From the NCBI GenBank assembly GCA_038874135.1, contig JAVZCZ010000001.1, positions 96,001 through 160,000 of the forward strand: a stretch of 64,000 nucleotides of DNA, read 5' to 3'. Every line of letters begins with the position of its first letter. Position 1 is the first letter of the stretch. The position numbers and the translations under genes are program-made. Positions 39,570 to 49,705 of this stretch are shown in pieces. Origin of the DNA: Candidatus Woesearchaeota archaeon (lineage in GTDB: Archaea > Nanobdellota > Nanobdellia > Woesearchaeales > 0-14-0-80-44-23). The notes under the pieces are model-generated. The model was not told where the DNA came from. It saw nothing but the letters and a program-made list of their open reading frames with translations, and ran no database searches.

Positions 39570-41459
39570 ATGATTAAGTTCAAGACAACTGCAGAGATAA
39601 AGGTTTCAGAAAGGATAATAGACCAGGTAATAGGTCAGGATGAGGCAGTTGAGATAATAAAGAAGGCTGCCAAGCAGAGGCGTCATGTTCTCCTCATTGG
39701 AGAGCCCGGCACTGGAAAATCAATGCTTGGGATGGCACTTGCAGAGATGCTTCCGAAGGAGAAGCTTGTGGATGTACTCGCATTCTACAATCCTAATGAT
39801 GAGAATCAGCCGCTGATAAGGACCGTTCCAGCAGGCAAGGGAAGGGAGATAGTTGCCAGGGCTCGTGCAGAGTCAATTCTGAGCTCAAGAAATCAGAACA
39901 TAATATACTGGATTCTAGCAATCTTGGCACTGATAGTTCCGTGGTGGGCTCGCGACTATTACAAATCAGACATAATCTTCGGCGCATTATTTATTGGTGG
40001 AATGCTCTTTCTTAGCAGCGTAATATTTGCGCTTAATTCCGGAATAAGGCAGAAGAACAATGTAGTAACGCCTCCTAAGGTTATTGTAGATAACTATGGT
40101 AGGAAGCATGCTCCATTTTATGACGCTACTGGAGCTCACGCCGGAGCTCTCCTGGGAGACGTGCTTCACGACCCTTTTCAAAGTGGAGGTCTAGGCACGC
40201 CTGCTCATGAGAGGGTAGTTGCCGGCATGATTCACAAGGCTCACATGGGAGTCCTCTTTATTGATGAGATTGCCACTCTTGAACCTGCAACCCAGCAGGA
40301 ACTCTTAACAGCACTTCAGGAGGGAAAGTACCCCATAACTGGTCAGTCTGAGAGAAGTGCTGGAGCCATGGTGCGAACAGAAATGGTGCCCTGCAACTTC
40401 ATCCTCGTTGCTGCGGGAAATGTTGATACCATAAAGCATATGCACCCTGCACTCCGTTCAAGAATTAGGGGCTATGGTTATGAGGTTTATATGCACGAAA
40501 CTATGAAGGACACTGAGGAAAATAGGGACAAGATTGTCAGATTTGTGGCTCAGGAGGTTAAAAAGGACAAGAGGATTCCCCATTTTACACGGGAAGCTGT
40601 TGAGCTGATAATAAACTATGCTCGCAAGATGGCTAACAGGAAGGGTCACCTGACCCTGCGCTTCAGAGAGCTCGGCGGCTTAGTCCGTGCAGCTGGCGAT
40701 GTAGCTATTGAGGAGGGTTCAAAGTATGTTGAGAAGAGGCACGTTTTGAAAGCCGCCACCTTTGCCAGGACTCTGGAGCAGCAGCTGGCTGACCACTATA
40801 TTGAAAGGAAGCGCGAGTATGAAGTAATAAGGGTTTCTGGAAAGCAGGTTGGAAGGGTTAATGGGCTGGCTGTCATTGGGGACGAAAACGCGTTCTCAGG
40901 AATAATTCTTCCGATAGAGGCAGAAGTAACTCCAGGTGGAAAGCAGAAGGAGTTTACTGCCACTGGAAAGCTTGGTGAGATTGCTAAGGAAGCTGTAATT
41001 AATGTTTCTGCAATTATAAAGAAATACTTTGGAGAGGATATTAAGAAGTATGACATCTTTATCCAGTTCCTTCAAACATATGAGGGTGTAGAGGGTGATA
41101 GTGCCAGCGTGGCAGTAGCGACTGCTGTGATAAGCGCTCTTAAAAAGGTGCCCGTGAAGCAGGACTACGCGATGACGGGCTCCCTCTCTGTCAGAGGAGA
41201 AGTTCTCCCGGTTGGAGGCGTTTCTGCCAAGGTTGAAGCGGCTATAGATGCAGGAATAAAACATGTCATAGTTCCAAGGTCAAACCTGCACGACATAGTA
41301 ATAAGCTCGGAGAAGCTCGCTAAGATAAAGCTGATACCTGTTAGCAATATTGTAGATGTTTTAAAAGAGGTTATTGACTGGAACGGCAAGAGTGATATAC
41401 TTCAAAGGATAATAGAGCTTAACGGCACCAATGCAGAGAATGTTTCTTCTGAAAAGTAG
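39570..41459 (+). CDS. lonB: archaeal membrane-bound Lon protease
   Basis: DQVIGQ, GEPGTGKS, TM insertion, FIDEI, EGDSAS (Ser), GGVSAKVEAA (Lys). Confidence 0.96.
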   Translation: MIKFKTTAEIKVSERIIDQVIGQDEAVEIIKKAAKQRRHVLLIGEPGTGKSMLGMALAEMLPKEKLVDVLAFYNPNDENQPLIRTVPAGKGREIVARARAESILSSRNQNIIYWILAILALIVPWWARDYYKSDIIFGALFIGGMLFLSSVIFALNSGIRQKNNVVTPPKVIVDNYGRKHAPFYDATGAHAGALLGDVLHDPFQSGGLGTPAHERVVAGMIHKAHMGVLFIDEIATLEPATQQELLTALQEGKYPITGQSERSAGAMVRTEMVPCNFILVAAGNVDTIKHMHPALRSRIRGYGYEVYMHETMKDTEENRDKIVRFVAQEVKKDKRIPHFTREAVELIINYARKMANRKGHLTLRFRELGGLVRAAGDVAIEEGSKYVEKRHVLKAATFARTLEQQLADHYIERKREYEVIRVSGKQVGRVNGLAVIGDENAFSGIILPIEAEVTPGGKQKEFTATGKLGEIAKEAVINVSAIIKKYFGEDIKKYDIFIQFLQTYEGVEGDSASVAVATAVISALKKVPVKQDYAMTGSLSVRGEVLPVGGVSAKVEAAIDAGIKHVIVPRSNLHDIVISSEKLAKIKLIPVSNIVDVLKEVIDWNGKSDILQRIIELNGTNAENVSSEK

Positions 41460-41472
41460 GGCTTAGCAGGGC

Positions 41473-42021
41473 TTACCAGAGCTTCTTTGACTCCCATGGA
41501 TATTCAATCCAGCAGTTTGGAATCTTTCTTCCATAATAAATCTTTACGCAGTCTGGAAGAGTTCCGATTTTTGGCGCTTCTTTCATATAAGCAACCAGGA
41601 TTCTTAACTCTTTGGCTCCCAGTCCAAGTATGTATTTTGAAGCGGTCTCTAAGGTCTTTCTAGAATCGTCTATCTCGTCCATCATAAGAACCCTGGTGCC
41701 TTCAATCTTCTTCTCAAGCTCAGAGTCAAGCTTCTGAGTGATAAACGGCTCTTTTAGTCTCTGATTGTTCTCGTCATAGTAGGATATTCCTATCACATAG
41801 GCGGGCAGCTTCTTTTCTAGCTCTTCCTCAAATACTGCCTTTGCAATTCTCATAACGATTAGCCCGCCAGTGCTTATCCCGATAAGTACATCTGGCTTGT
41901 AGTCGTCCTTAAGGATTTTGGAACAGGCTCTCACAACGCAGATGTGCGTGTCCTCATAAGAAACCTTGAACTTTTCCTTGTCTTTTTTAACTTCGGAATT
42001 TTTAGAATTTGCGCGCTCCAT
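41473..42021 (-). CDS. type I phosphoribosyltransferase (purine salvage-like)
   Basis: IGISTGGL, VLMMDEIDDSRKTL, WIEYPWE. Confidence 0.85.
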   Translation of the reverse strand: MERANSKNSEVKKDKEKFKVSYEDTHICVVRACSKILKDDYKPDVLIGISTGGLIVMRIAKAVFEEELEKKLPAYVIGISYYDENNQRLKEPFITQKLDSELEKKIEGTRVLMMDEIDDSRKTLETASKYILGLGAKELRILVAYMKEAPKIGTLPDCVKIYYGRKIPNCWIEYPWESKKLW

Positions 42022-42083
42022 ATATTAGAAAAGCCCAACTGATTAATAAAGTTATCGCTAGAATTCACTCTCTAAACCTGTAA

Positions 42084-42872
42084 TTATCCAATATAGTTTA
42101 TGTCCCGCTGGCTCTTCTGCATCTTTCCTATAAGCTCTGGCTTAAGCTTGGGCTCCTTCTGTGGAAGGATTTTCAGCTGCCTATCTATTTCGCTTATGTT
42201 CCTGTCAATCTTCCGCATGTCTATTCCGAGTGTGAGCTTATCGTTGAGCACTTGAACTATCTTTCGCGCTCCTCTGACTCCGAGATACATGGGATTTGCG
42301 AATGTTTCTGCGAGAATTATCACAGCGTGGATTCCGTTCTTCTTGGCAATCCCAGGTATTAGCCCGGCTGCACCTATTATTGGACCTACAAATCCGAAAA
42401 GTTTTGACTGCATCTCAGTGCCTTTGACATATTTTGCAACTGTTGCCTTGTCAGTACCAGTGCAGTATATCTTCGGATGTTCAGGAGGTGCGGAAAGTCC
42501 TATTCCGCCTAGAGTGATTATCTCTGAACCTTCCATCCTTTTGAATAATTCTACAATTTCTTCAGCAAAGTGGTAGGATGCGGTCTCCTCAACCGGCTGG
42601 AAGTCCCCGGCAAGTATAAGGATGTCTCTCGGTCCTTTAACCTTTTTATAGTATAGGGACACGTGAGGAAGTTCTATTATGTTGCGCTCGTTTACAAATA
42701 CCGAGTTGGAAAACGTATCGGAGTAGATAGTGTAGAGCTTTTCAGGTTTTAGCTGTTCAACTATGAAGTCAGCAGCCAGCTTGCCAACATTTCCTATTCC
42801 CGGAAGCCCTTCAATCAGCACTGGACTTCTGAGCTTAGAAAGCTTTTTCTCCTGCACTATATCAAATTTCAT
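42084..42872 (-). CDS. PAC2-family proteasome assembly chaperone
   Basis: IEGLPGIGNVGKLA, GDFQP, ITLGG, IIGAAGL, LAET. Confidence 0.9.
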   Translation of the reverse strand: MKFDIVQEKKLSKLRSPVLIEGLPGIGNVGKLAADFIVEQLKPEKLYTIYSDTFSNSVFVNERNIIELPHVSLYYKKVKGPRDILILAGDFQPVEETASYHFAEEIVELFKRMEGSEIITLGGIGLSAPPEHPKIYCTGTDKATVAKYVKGTEMQSKLFGFVGPIIGAAGLIPGIAKKNGIHAVIILAETFANPMYLGVRGARKIVQVLNDKLTLGIDMRKIDRNISEIDRQLKILPQKEPKLKPELIGKMQKSQRDINYIG

Positions 42873-42932
42873 GAGTATAAAGAGTTGAGCGGCTCTTTAA
42901 AAATGTTTTGAAAATGTTTTAGAAGAATATAG

Positions 42933-43006
42933 TGGGCCCAGGGGGATTCGAACCCCCGACCTAAAGATTAAGAGTCTTTCGCGCTACCAGGCTGCGCCAT
43001 GAGCCC
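42933..43006 (-). tRNA. tRNA-Lys (CUU)
   Basis: GGGCTCA/TGGGCCC acceptor, AAAGA-CTCTTAA-TCTTT anticodon arm, GGTTCGAATC. Confidence 0.95.
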
Positions 43007-43108
43007 TTCTTCCATTTCTGTGGAGATGAGAGCTATTTAAAAAGTTTTTGGATTGCAAGTAATAAAAAAAGTTAATTAAAAAAATAAAATGTGGTTGAAC
43101 TTTTAGGT

Positions 43109-43513
43109 TCAGAAGTCTTCAGAATCCTCTGAGGATTCAAAATCTTCTGAAGAATCGCTCTCCCCTTCTTCAAAGGATTCTTGCTCTTCTTCCTGGTGGG
43201 CTTCCTGCTTTGGAGCTTCAGGAGCTGCTGATGCTCCCACTACTTCTGCGAAGGCAAGCCTTCTCAGGACTCGTGTAATCCTGACCTTTACCCTCTGTCC
43301 TTCCTTTGTTCCGGGCACAAAGATTACGAAGCCATTCTTCTTTGCAAGCCCGTCTCCCTTTGCGGCAATTGCCTCTATTGTAACTTCTAGCTCTTCTCCT
43401 TCGCTAACTGGCGGGCTGGGCCTCTGTCCGCCGAAGTTTCCTCTGCCGCCAAATCTTCTTTCCCTATTTCCTTCAGGCTCATAGTTGTCTGAGCCATAAT
43501 TTCTATTTCTCAT
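43109..43513 (-). CDS. single TRAM-domain RNA-binding protein
   Basis: PPVSEGEELEVTIE...KGDGLAK..GFVIFVPGT..G..VKVRIT.V...AFAEV; RGG-like N-terminus, acidic tail. Confidence 0.92.
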   Translation of the reverse strand: MRNRNYGSDNYEPEGNRERRFGGRGNFGGQRPSPPVSEGEELEVTIEAIAAKGDGLAKKNGFVIFVPGTKEGQRVKVRITRVLRRLAFAEVVGASAAPEAPKQEAHQEEEQESFEEGESDSSEDFESSEDSEDF

Positions 43514-43654
43514 ATTCTTTTGCACCTTCTATCTAATTAGTTTTAGAAATCGGCTTTTTTGCCAATTTCCAATCTTAGCCGTCTGCGGCTAATAATTGGC
43601 AAGATTTAGTTAATAGTATTTAAAGGTTGCTAAAAAGTTTTGAATTTAAATGGA

Positions 43655-44017
43655 TTAAAGCATGTGCAGCCCGCCGGTTATCCTGTCAATCTTAGAAGTC
43701 CTATCAGGCCCTATTCCCACACAGGTCCTGGTTCCAGGTTCTAGAAAGGTTCTTCCAGCATCAGTTATTAGCGCTGCTGCGAGTCCTTGATTCTTTGCTA
43801 TTTCGTAGAATTGTAGAAGTTCTTTTTCGTCTTTAACTTTTAATACAACCTTTTTGGCTCCTGAGCTTCTCCACTCTTTAAGGATTGCTGCGTCTGATTT
43901 TAGTGCTGCTTCTAGAGAAGCGTGACTGACCTGGGCTGCGAGTTTGCCCTTAGGCATTTTAAGGTCTGTTCTTACTAGGATTACTTGCTTCAGTTCTGAT
44001 TTTTCTAAATCCTTCAT
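43655..44017 (-). CDS. pth2: peptidyl-tRNA hydrolase 2
   Basis: KQVILVRTDLKM.KGKLAAQ..HA, KKVVLKV, DAGRT, TCVGIGP. Confidence 0.95.
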   Translation of the reverse strand: MKDLEKSELKQVILVRTDLKMPKGKLAAQVSHASLEAALKSDAAILKEWRSSGAKKVVLKVKDEKELLQFYEIAKNQGLAAALITDAGRTFLEPGTRTCVGIGPDRTSKIDRITGGLHML

Positions 44018-44081
44018 ATTTTAAAGAAGAATGTGTTATGATTATTAAAATTAACTAAAATGGATTGAAAAAGACACCTGT

Positions 44082-44471
44082 TCATTTTGTAAGCTTTCCC
44101 AGCATGTAACCAGCGAGGTATCCGAGTGCCGTTTCCAGAGCTGTTACGCCCGCACTTGCTCCCCCGACAATGGAAGTTCCGAGAGTCGCACCCGTAGCAG
44201 TTCTGGCTATCCTTTCAAGTTCTGATTCTGAACTGTTTGAGAGCGAGTTTGCAAGCACGCTCCCGGCAATTCCGCCTAATATTCCATACATGGCTCCAGA
44301 AATCACGGTAGGGCCATATTTGAGTGCGAAGTCAATCTCGCTTGGATTTATTGGAATTCCTTTCGCGTGGCAGAATCCCCTGTAAGCGCCTGCTCCCAAT
44401 GCAACTAGGTTTGTTACTGCCCAGCTAAACTGGTTTCCAATTGTTATTGAGATTTCATAATCGTCTTTCAT
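44082..44471 (-). CDS. Gly-rich (glycine-zipper-like) membrane protein
   Basis: GxxxG repeats within hydrophobic helices. Confidence 0.65.
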   Translation of the reverse strand: MKDDYEISITIGNQFSWAVTNLVALGAGAYRGFCHAKGIPINPSEIDFALKYGPTVISGAMYGILGGIAGSVLANSLSNSSESELERIARTATGATLGTSIVGGASAGVTALETALGYLAGYMLGKLTK

Positions 44472-44562
44472 GACGCATCACCCAATTTTTAACTACTCTT
44501 TCATAACGACTATTTAAAGCTTTTGGGATAATTATTTAAAATATTGTAACATTCCATGTATT

Positions 44563-45195
44563 GTGAATGCACCCTTCATTGTGGAATTTGCAGGTCCTCC
44601 AAAGTCTGGAAAAACCACTATTCTTGAAAGGGTGAAATATCTTCTGCCATACTCTCTTACAATTCGTAACGAGGTCTCTTTCAATTCGCCTGTTGAGAAG
44701 AAAAAACCTTTAAAGTATCTTGAATGGTCTGCTAACGAGCTGATAAACCGTATAATAACTGATGAAGAAACTTCAAAGAAGCAGGTTGTAATTATTGACT
44801 GCGGAATAGCAAGTCAGCTGGCACTCCTGGACGCTTTTGAAAGAGGCGGTAGGGTTTCTGATTCTGAAAAGCACCTCTCAGAGCTTATAAGAAAGCATCT
44901 GCTGGCAAACCTTCCGAGAGAGCACCTCATAGTTTATGTGAGAATTCCATTTGAAGAAGAAGCTGCCAGAATAAAAAATTATAAGTTTCCCAAGGGCTCA
45001 ATAATGAACGAGCCCTTCCTAAAAATATTCAATGAGAGCTATGAAAGGGTTATTAGGGAGCTTTCAGAAAACTCGCTGATAAACATATTGAAAGTTGAAG
45101 GAACCGAAGACCCTGAAGAGAATGCTCAAATTGTTAATTCTGAAATCGTAAAAATTTTAAGAAATTTTAAGAGAAGATCAAACTATGAAGTTTAA
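44563..45195 (+). CDS. P-loop nucleotide kinase (thymidylate/deoxynucleoside kinase-like)
   Basis: IVEFAGPPKSGKTT, VVIIDCG, lid Arg; NMP-kinase layout. Confidence 0.7.
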   Translation: MNAPFIVEFAGPPKSGKTTILERVKYLLPYSLTIRNEVSFNSPVEKKKPLKYLEWSANELINRIITDEETSKKQVVIIDCGIASQLALLDAFERGGRVSDSEKHLSELIRKHLLANLPREHLIVYVRIPFEEEAARIKNYKFPKGSIMNEPFLKIFNESYERVIRELSENSLINILKVEGTEDPEENAQIVNSEIVKILRNFKRRSNYEV

Positions 45196-45197
45196 AG

Positions 45198-45271
45198 TGG
45201 GGCTGCCGTGATTTGAACACGGACCTCTAGGTCCCGAACCTAGGGTTCTAACCAAGTTATACTACAGCCCC
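45198..45271 (-). tRNA. tRNA-Pro (CGG)
   Basis: GGGGCTG/CAGCCCC acceptor, CTAGG-TTCGGGA-CCTAG anticodon arm, GTTCAAATC. Confidence 0.95.
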
Positions 45272-45367
45272 TTAGCATAAAAAGATTAGCAATTACTTTA
45301 AATATTTTTTTGAACTTTCCTCTTTTTGGGAAAAGTTTAAAAAATCATGAACTAAATCTCACTCCTT

Positions 45368-46834
45368 ATGAAGCAGAAAAGGGAAGAACCTCAGGAGTCA
45401 AACCTTGGGATAACTGTTAGCAAGGAGGATGACTTCTCTGAATGGTACAACCAGGCAGTTCTCAAAGCAGGTCTGGCTGACTACTCAGCAGTTAAGGGGT
45501 TCATGATAATAAGGCCTTTGGGCTATGCAATCTGGGAGAACATCCAGAAAAGGTTTGATGAGAGGATAAAGCGGCACGGTGTAAAAAATGCGTACTTCCC
45601 ACTTCTCATTCCCGAATCCTTTTTTAACAAGGAAAAGGAGCATGCTCAGGGTTTTTCACCAGAAGTTGCCTGGGTGCAGAATTCTGACGAAGAATCTGGG
45701 CAGAGGCTAGCAATAAGACCTACCTCAGAAACTATAATCTGTGACTCTTTCAAGAATTGGTTGAGAAGCTACAGGGACCTTCCAATAAGGGTTAATCAGT
45801 GGTGCAATGTTGTAAGGTGGGAGATTAAGATGACTAAGCTCTTCCTAAGAACTAGAGAGTTCCTCTGGCAGGAGGGGCACTGCATTTATGAGACGAGAGA
45901 AGAGGCTGAAAGAGAAACCATCCTATACCTTGATGAGTACAAGTTCCTTCTGGAAAACGAGCTTGCAATTCCCGTGATAACTGGCAGAAAGACTGAGAAT
46001 GAGAAGTTTGCAGGAGCTGTTTACACTCTAACTGCAGAAGCTTTAATGCCTGACGGCAAGGCGCTTCAAACTGCAACCTCGCACTATCTCGGTCAGGATT
46101 TTATGAGAGTTTTCGGAGTTGAGTTTGCTGGAAGGGACAAGCAGAAGCACACTCCACACTACATATCCTGGGGCATGAGCACGCGGCTGGTAGGCGCAGT
46201 AGTAATGGTGCACGGCGATAACAAGGGGCTGGTGTTGCCTCCCAGGATTGCACCAATACAGATAGTGATAGTGCCGATACTCTTCGGAGATGATCGGGAT
46301 TCCAAGGTTTTGAAGGAAGCAGAAAAATTAAGGAATAATCTCGTTCAGAATTTTTCAGTTGAGTTGGACTTGAGAGAGGGTTACAGCGCAGGCTGGAAGT
46401 TTAACGAGTGGGAGCTCAAGGGAGTTCCCCTCAGGATTGAGATAGGTCCAAAGGATTTAGAAAAGGGGTGCTGCGTATTCGTGAAGAGGAATACGGGCGA
46501 AAAGTTTGCTGTTGAACTTTCAAAGGCTCCTGAGAAGGCTGCAGAGGTCCTCTCAGCTGTTCAGAAGGAGATGTTTGAAAAGGCGAAGAGTTTCCTAAAC
46601 TCAAGCATTGTAAGGGTTTCAGATGTGAACGGGATAAGAGAGGCTGTTGAGGAGAAAAAGATGGCTGAGGCACCCCTCTGCTCCAATCCCGAGTGCGAGC
46701 TAAATATAAGAAAAGAAGTGGAAGGTGTGACTGCAAGGTGCATCCCATTTGATAAGAAGCCAGCCGAGGAGGAGAGGTGCATATCCTGCGGCAGGAGAGC
46801 TGAAAACATTGTCTATTTTTCAAAGAATTATTAA
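45368..46834 (+). CDS. proS: prolyl-tRNA synthetase (archaeal/eukaryotic type)
   Basis: DFSEWY, IRPTSET, FLRTREFLWQEGH, SWGMSTR, WELKGVPLRIEIG, C-terminal Zn domain. Confidence 0.97.
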   Translation: MKQKREEPQESNLGITVSKEDDFSEWYNQAVLKAGLADYSAVKGFMIIRPLGYAIWENIQKRFDERIKRHGVKNAYFPLLIPESFFNKEKEHAQGFSPEVAWVQNSDEESGQRLAIRPTSETIICDSFKNWLRSYRDLPIRVNQWCNVVRWEIKMTKLFLRTREFLWQEGHCIYETREEAERETILYLDEYKFLLENELAIPVITGRKTENEKFAGAVYTLTAEALMPDGKALQTATSHYLGQDFMRVFGVEFAGRDKQKHTPHYISWGMSTRLVGAVVMVHGDNKGLVLPPRIAPIQIVIVPILFGDDRDSKVLKEAEKLRNNLVQNFSVELDLREGYSAGWKFNEWELKGVPLRIEIGPKDLEKGCCVFVKRNTGEKFAVELSKAPEKAAEVLSAVQKEMFEKAKSFLNSSIVRVSDVNGIREAVEEKKMAEAPLCSNPECELNIRKEVEGVTARCIPFDKKPAEEERCISCGRRAENIVYFSKNY

Positions 46835-46851
46835 AATGAGAGGGAACATGT

Positions 46852-47178
46852 ATGGATATTATATCTGAAGTGGTAGAAGGCAATGAGGATGTAATAATTA
46901 ACTCTTTCATCTCTAACAATGAACATGAGATTCTTAAGCTTGATAGGATTTCCTTCATGCTATTCCTTACACTTTCAGGAGCGCTTATAATTGGGCTTAA
47001 GCTTTTCTGGGCTGGATCAGCCACTCCACTCAGGATAATTGCCTCCCTAGCTTTCAGCGCTCTCATAATCCTTCTCGGAACAACTTCAATAGAAATGCTA
47101 AACTGGGCATCAGAGCATAAACAGCTAGCAGGACTCCTAACTTTTTGCCTGCTACTCATGTTATTAATAATCCTGTGA
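46852..47178 (+). CDS. small membrane protein (3 TM)
   Basis: Three hydrophobic helices; co-oriented with proS and the S-component. Confidence 0.65.
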   Translation: MDIISEVVEGNEDVIINSFISNNEHEILKLDRISFMLFLTLSGALIIGLKLFWAGSATPLRIIASLAFSALIILLGTTSIEMLNWASEHKQLAGLLTFCLLLMLLIIL

Positions 47179-47184
47179 CGCGAA

Positions 47185-47877
47185 ATGGAACAGCTTTTAA
47201 AGCTAAAACAGAAGGCGAGGCAAGAGAGCAAGCAGAGTGCACTGCTGAAAGCACAGCTGGCCATCTCAACTGTTCAGAAACAGATGCAAGTTCTGAAACT
47301 TAAAGAGTACATACTGATGGGAGGATTCATAGTGGGAGGCGCAGTTTTAAGAGCTCTCATGCAGCCGCTGCCAAGTGTGGAGCCGATAACATTTATAGCA
47401 CTATTAACGGGCTGGATGTTCGGCTCAAAAAAGGGGTTCATAGTCGGGGCTTCCTCACTCTACATATCAAACTTTCTATGCATAGGCGGGCAGGGCCCCT
47501 GGACTCCCTTTCAGGCTTTGGGCTTCGGGATTGCCGGCTTTCTAGGCGGGCTTCTGTCAAGGTTCAAGCTTAAAAGCGGCACAAGTAGCTTAAAGATGAA
47601 GGCGTTAATACTGCCTGCAATGCTCATAGCTGCAATATCAACAATAATCTACGAGATAATAATGAATGCTGCTTCAATTCCGATATGGGGCGTTGCAGCT
47701 TTTGTAACAGCGCTTCCATTCGGGCTGATACACCTAATCTCAAACCTCAGCTTCGCAGCCATGCTTCCCAAGGCAAGAAATTTTATAGATGAGAAGCTTG
47801 GATTTTCAGAGGTTCCAAGACTTCAGGAGATGCTTAATAAGCTTAAAGAGAAGCACGAAGAGATATTGAAGGTCTAA
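47185..47877 (+). CDS. ECF transporter S component (CbrT-like)
   Basis: LPSVEPIT, G...GFIVGA...ISNF, GQGPWTPFQ, H..SN. Confidence 0.8.
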   Translation: MEQLLKLKQKARQESKQSALLKAQLAISTVQKQMQVLKLKEYILMGGFIVGGAVLRALMQPLPSVEPITFIALLTGWMFGSKKGFIVGASSLYISNFLCIGGQGPWTPFQALGFGIAGFLGGLLSRFKLKSGTSSLKMKALILPAMLIAAISTIIYEIIMNAASIPIWGVAAFVTALPFGLIHLISNLSFAAMLPKARNFIDEKLGFSEVPRLQEMLNKLKEKHEEILKV

Positions 47878-48147
47878 TCACAGCTCAAATTCTTTTATGA
47901 AAGCAGTTATGGTCTCATATCTTTCCAGAAACCTGAATCCCTTATCTGTAAGGGACACTACTCTTCCATTCATTCCATCTATCTCTTGCAGAAACCCCTT
48001 TTTAACCAACATAACAAAATATTTACTGAACTGTCGTGAAGAGAGATTAGATTTTCTTAGAAGAGGCGTTGGTTTTATTGAATTATTATGTTCCAGAACA
48101 ACTTTTAGAATGTCTCTAATTATTTCTAAGCTGTCCCTCTTGGTCAT
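47878..48147 (-). CDS. winged-helix transcription regulator
   Basis: KRDSLEIIRDIL..KPT.LLRKSNLS..LTDKG..FL. Confidence 0.85.
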   Translation of the reverse strand: MTKRDSLEIIRDILKVVLEHNNSIKPTPLLRKSNLSSRQFSKYFVMLVKKGFLQEIDGMNGRVVSLTDKGFRFLERYETITAFIKEFEL

Positions 48148-48151
48148 CTTT

Positions 48152-48838
48152 TTATCCGCCTATTTTTTTAAGGACTCTATAAAGAATAAGCATAAATAGC
48201 AGGATTGAAATGAGATAGATTAGCAGCTTATAAATGTTTAGTAATCTCGGAATTAAAATGTCGGTTATGTTGAGAATCCAGAATATTGATAAAAGCAGAT
48301 AGAGCAAGAAGAGGTTCCTTGATTTTTTCCCTCCTGTGGAGCTTCTGTACGCAAGGAATAGCGCATATAATATTACAGCTAATAATGTCAAGTTGATTAT
48401 GAATGGGAGCAATATGCTTCTTCCCAGCAGCGGGGTTAGCGCTATTCCTATTGCTAATATATTTAAGATTGCTAGGGCAAGCCTGTTAGAGTTCAACTTC
48501 TTCCACATTACGCTGTATAAAAGGAAGAATATTGCCATTGAGCTGAAATAGAGAAATATTGACAGCAGGATTATTCTCATCGTGACTGGAGAGAACTCCC
48601 ACACCTCCTTTACATTAAAAAGGAACAGAACAAGCCTTATTGAATAGCGGAAGAAGTATGAGATGGCAAAGAACAGGAAGGAAAGCCGAAAATATCGGAT
48701 GCCCTTGTAAGATGTAAGCCTTTCAAGATCATTAGTCGCAGTATATATCATAAGGCTGGATAGTATCAAGATAAAAGAGTATATCAGCTCAACTCCTATC
48801 CATCCTGAGAGGAAATCTTGCAAAAACGGCGGCGTCAT
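48152..48838 (-). CDS. 7-TM membrane protein, possible sensor
   Basis: Seven hydrophobic helices; KGIRYFR..FLFF..SYFFR; 4 nt from the wHTH gene. Confidence 0.7.
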   Translation of the reverse strand: MTPPFLQDFLSGWIGVELIYSFILILSSLMIYTATNDLERLTSYKGIRYFRLSFLFFAISYFFRYSIRLVLFLFNVKEVWEFSPVTMRIILLSIFLYFSSMAIFFLLYSVMWKKLNSNRLALAILNILAIGIALTPLLGRSILLPFIINLTLLAVILYALFLAYRSSTGGKKSRNLFLLYLLLSIFWILNITDILIPRLLNIYKLLIYLISILLFMLILYRVLKKIGG

Positions 48839-48909
48839 TTTGATTCATCCCTGAATGCCAAGTATGTTTATAAAATTTTGGATAAAACAATTGTGTAACT
48901 TATAAGGAA

Positions 48910-48940
48910 AGTGGAACTATGATCCACTCTATTTATAAAT
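48910..48940 (+). promoter_or_regulatory. inverted repeat (candidate regulator site) next to a TATA box
   Basis: AGTGGA-N7-TCCACT at 48910-48928, followed by ATTTATAAAT. Confidence 0.5.
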
Positions 48941-48991
48941 ACTAAAAATTGACACTTCAAGAGCTCCATATAAAAGCGGAGAAAAATAGGT

Positions 48992-49705
48992 ATGGAAACT
49001 CTGATAAAGATTGAAAATGTTTGGAAGATGTATCAGATGGGAAGAACAGAGTCACTGGTAGTTCTGAAAGATGTAAATCTTGAAGTAGAAAAAAAAGAAT
49101 TTGTAGCAATAACCGGCCCTTCCGGTTCTGGAAAGAGCACCCTCATGCACTTGATGGGCGCTTTGGATAGGCCTTCCTGGGGAAGGGTTTACATTCAAAA
49201 AAGAGACATCTCTCGTCTTAGCGACAATCAGATTGCATACTTAAGAGCCCGCTCAATCGGATTCATATTTCAGGATTTCAACCTGATTCCAACCCTTAGC
49301 GCCTTAGAGAATGTGATGCTTCCAATGGAGATAGTGGATACGCCTGAGAGAACAGCAAGAGAAAGAGCTAAGGAACTTCTAAAAATTGTAGGGCTCGGCA
49401 ACAGATTGGGTCACAAGCCAACTGAGCTCTCAGGCGGGCAGCAGCAGATGGTGGCAATAGCGAGGGCCCTCGCTAATGATCCTCCGATAATCCTGGCAGA
49501 TGAGCCTACTGGGAATCTTGATTCAAAAACAGGCTTGTTCATAATGGACTTTCTTGAAAAGTTAAATGCGGAAAGCGGGAAAACTATAATTCTAGTGACT
49601 CACAATCTTAACTTGTTAGATTATGCTAATCGTGTAGTACAAATAAAAGATGGAGTTATTGAAAAGGATACCAAAAAAGGAAAGGAAGTGAGGAAAAATG
49701 AGTAA
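48992..49705 (+). CDS. ABC transporter ATP-binding protein (LolD/MacB type)
   Basis: [28 protein letters not shown]. Confidence 0.95.
   Translation: METLIKIENVWKMYQMGRTESLVVLKDVNLEVEKKEFVAITGPSGSGKSTLMHLMGALDRPSWGRVYIQKRDISRLSDNQIAYLRARSIGFIFQDFNLIPTLSALENVMLPMEIVDTPERTARERAKELLKIVGLGNRLGHKPTELSGGQQQMVAIARALANDPPIILADEPTGNLDSKTGLFIMDFLEKLNAESGKTIILVTHNLNLLDYANRVVQIKDGVIEKDTKKGKEVRKNE

Noticed and set aside
46431-47264. 277-aa minus-strand ORF
   Set aside because: Antisense shadow of proS and two membrane genes; no motifs
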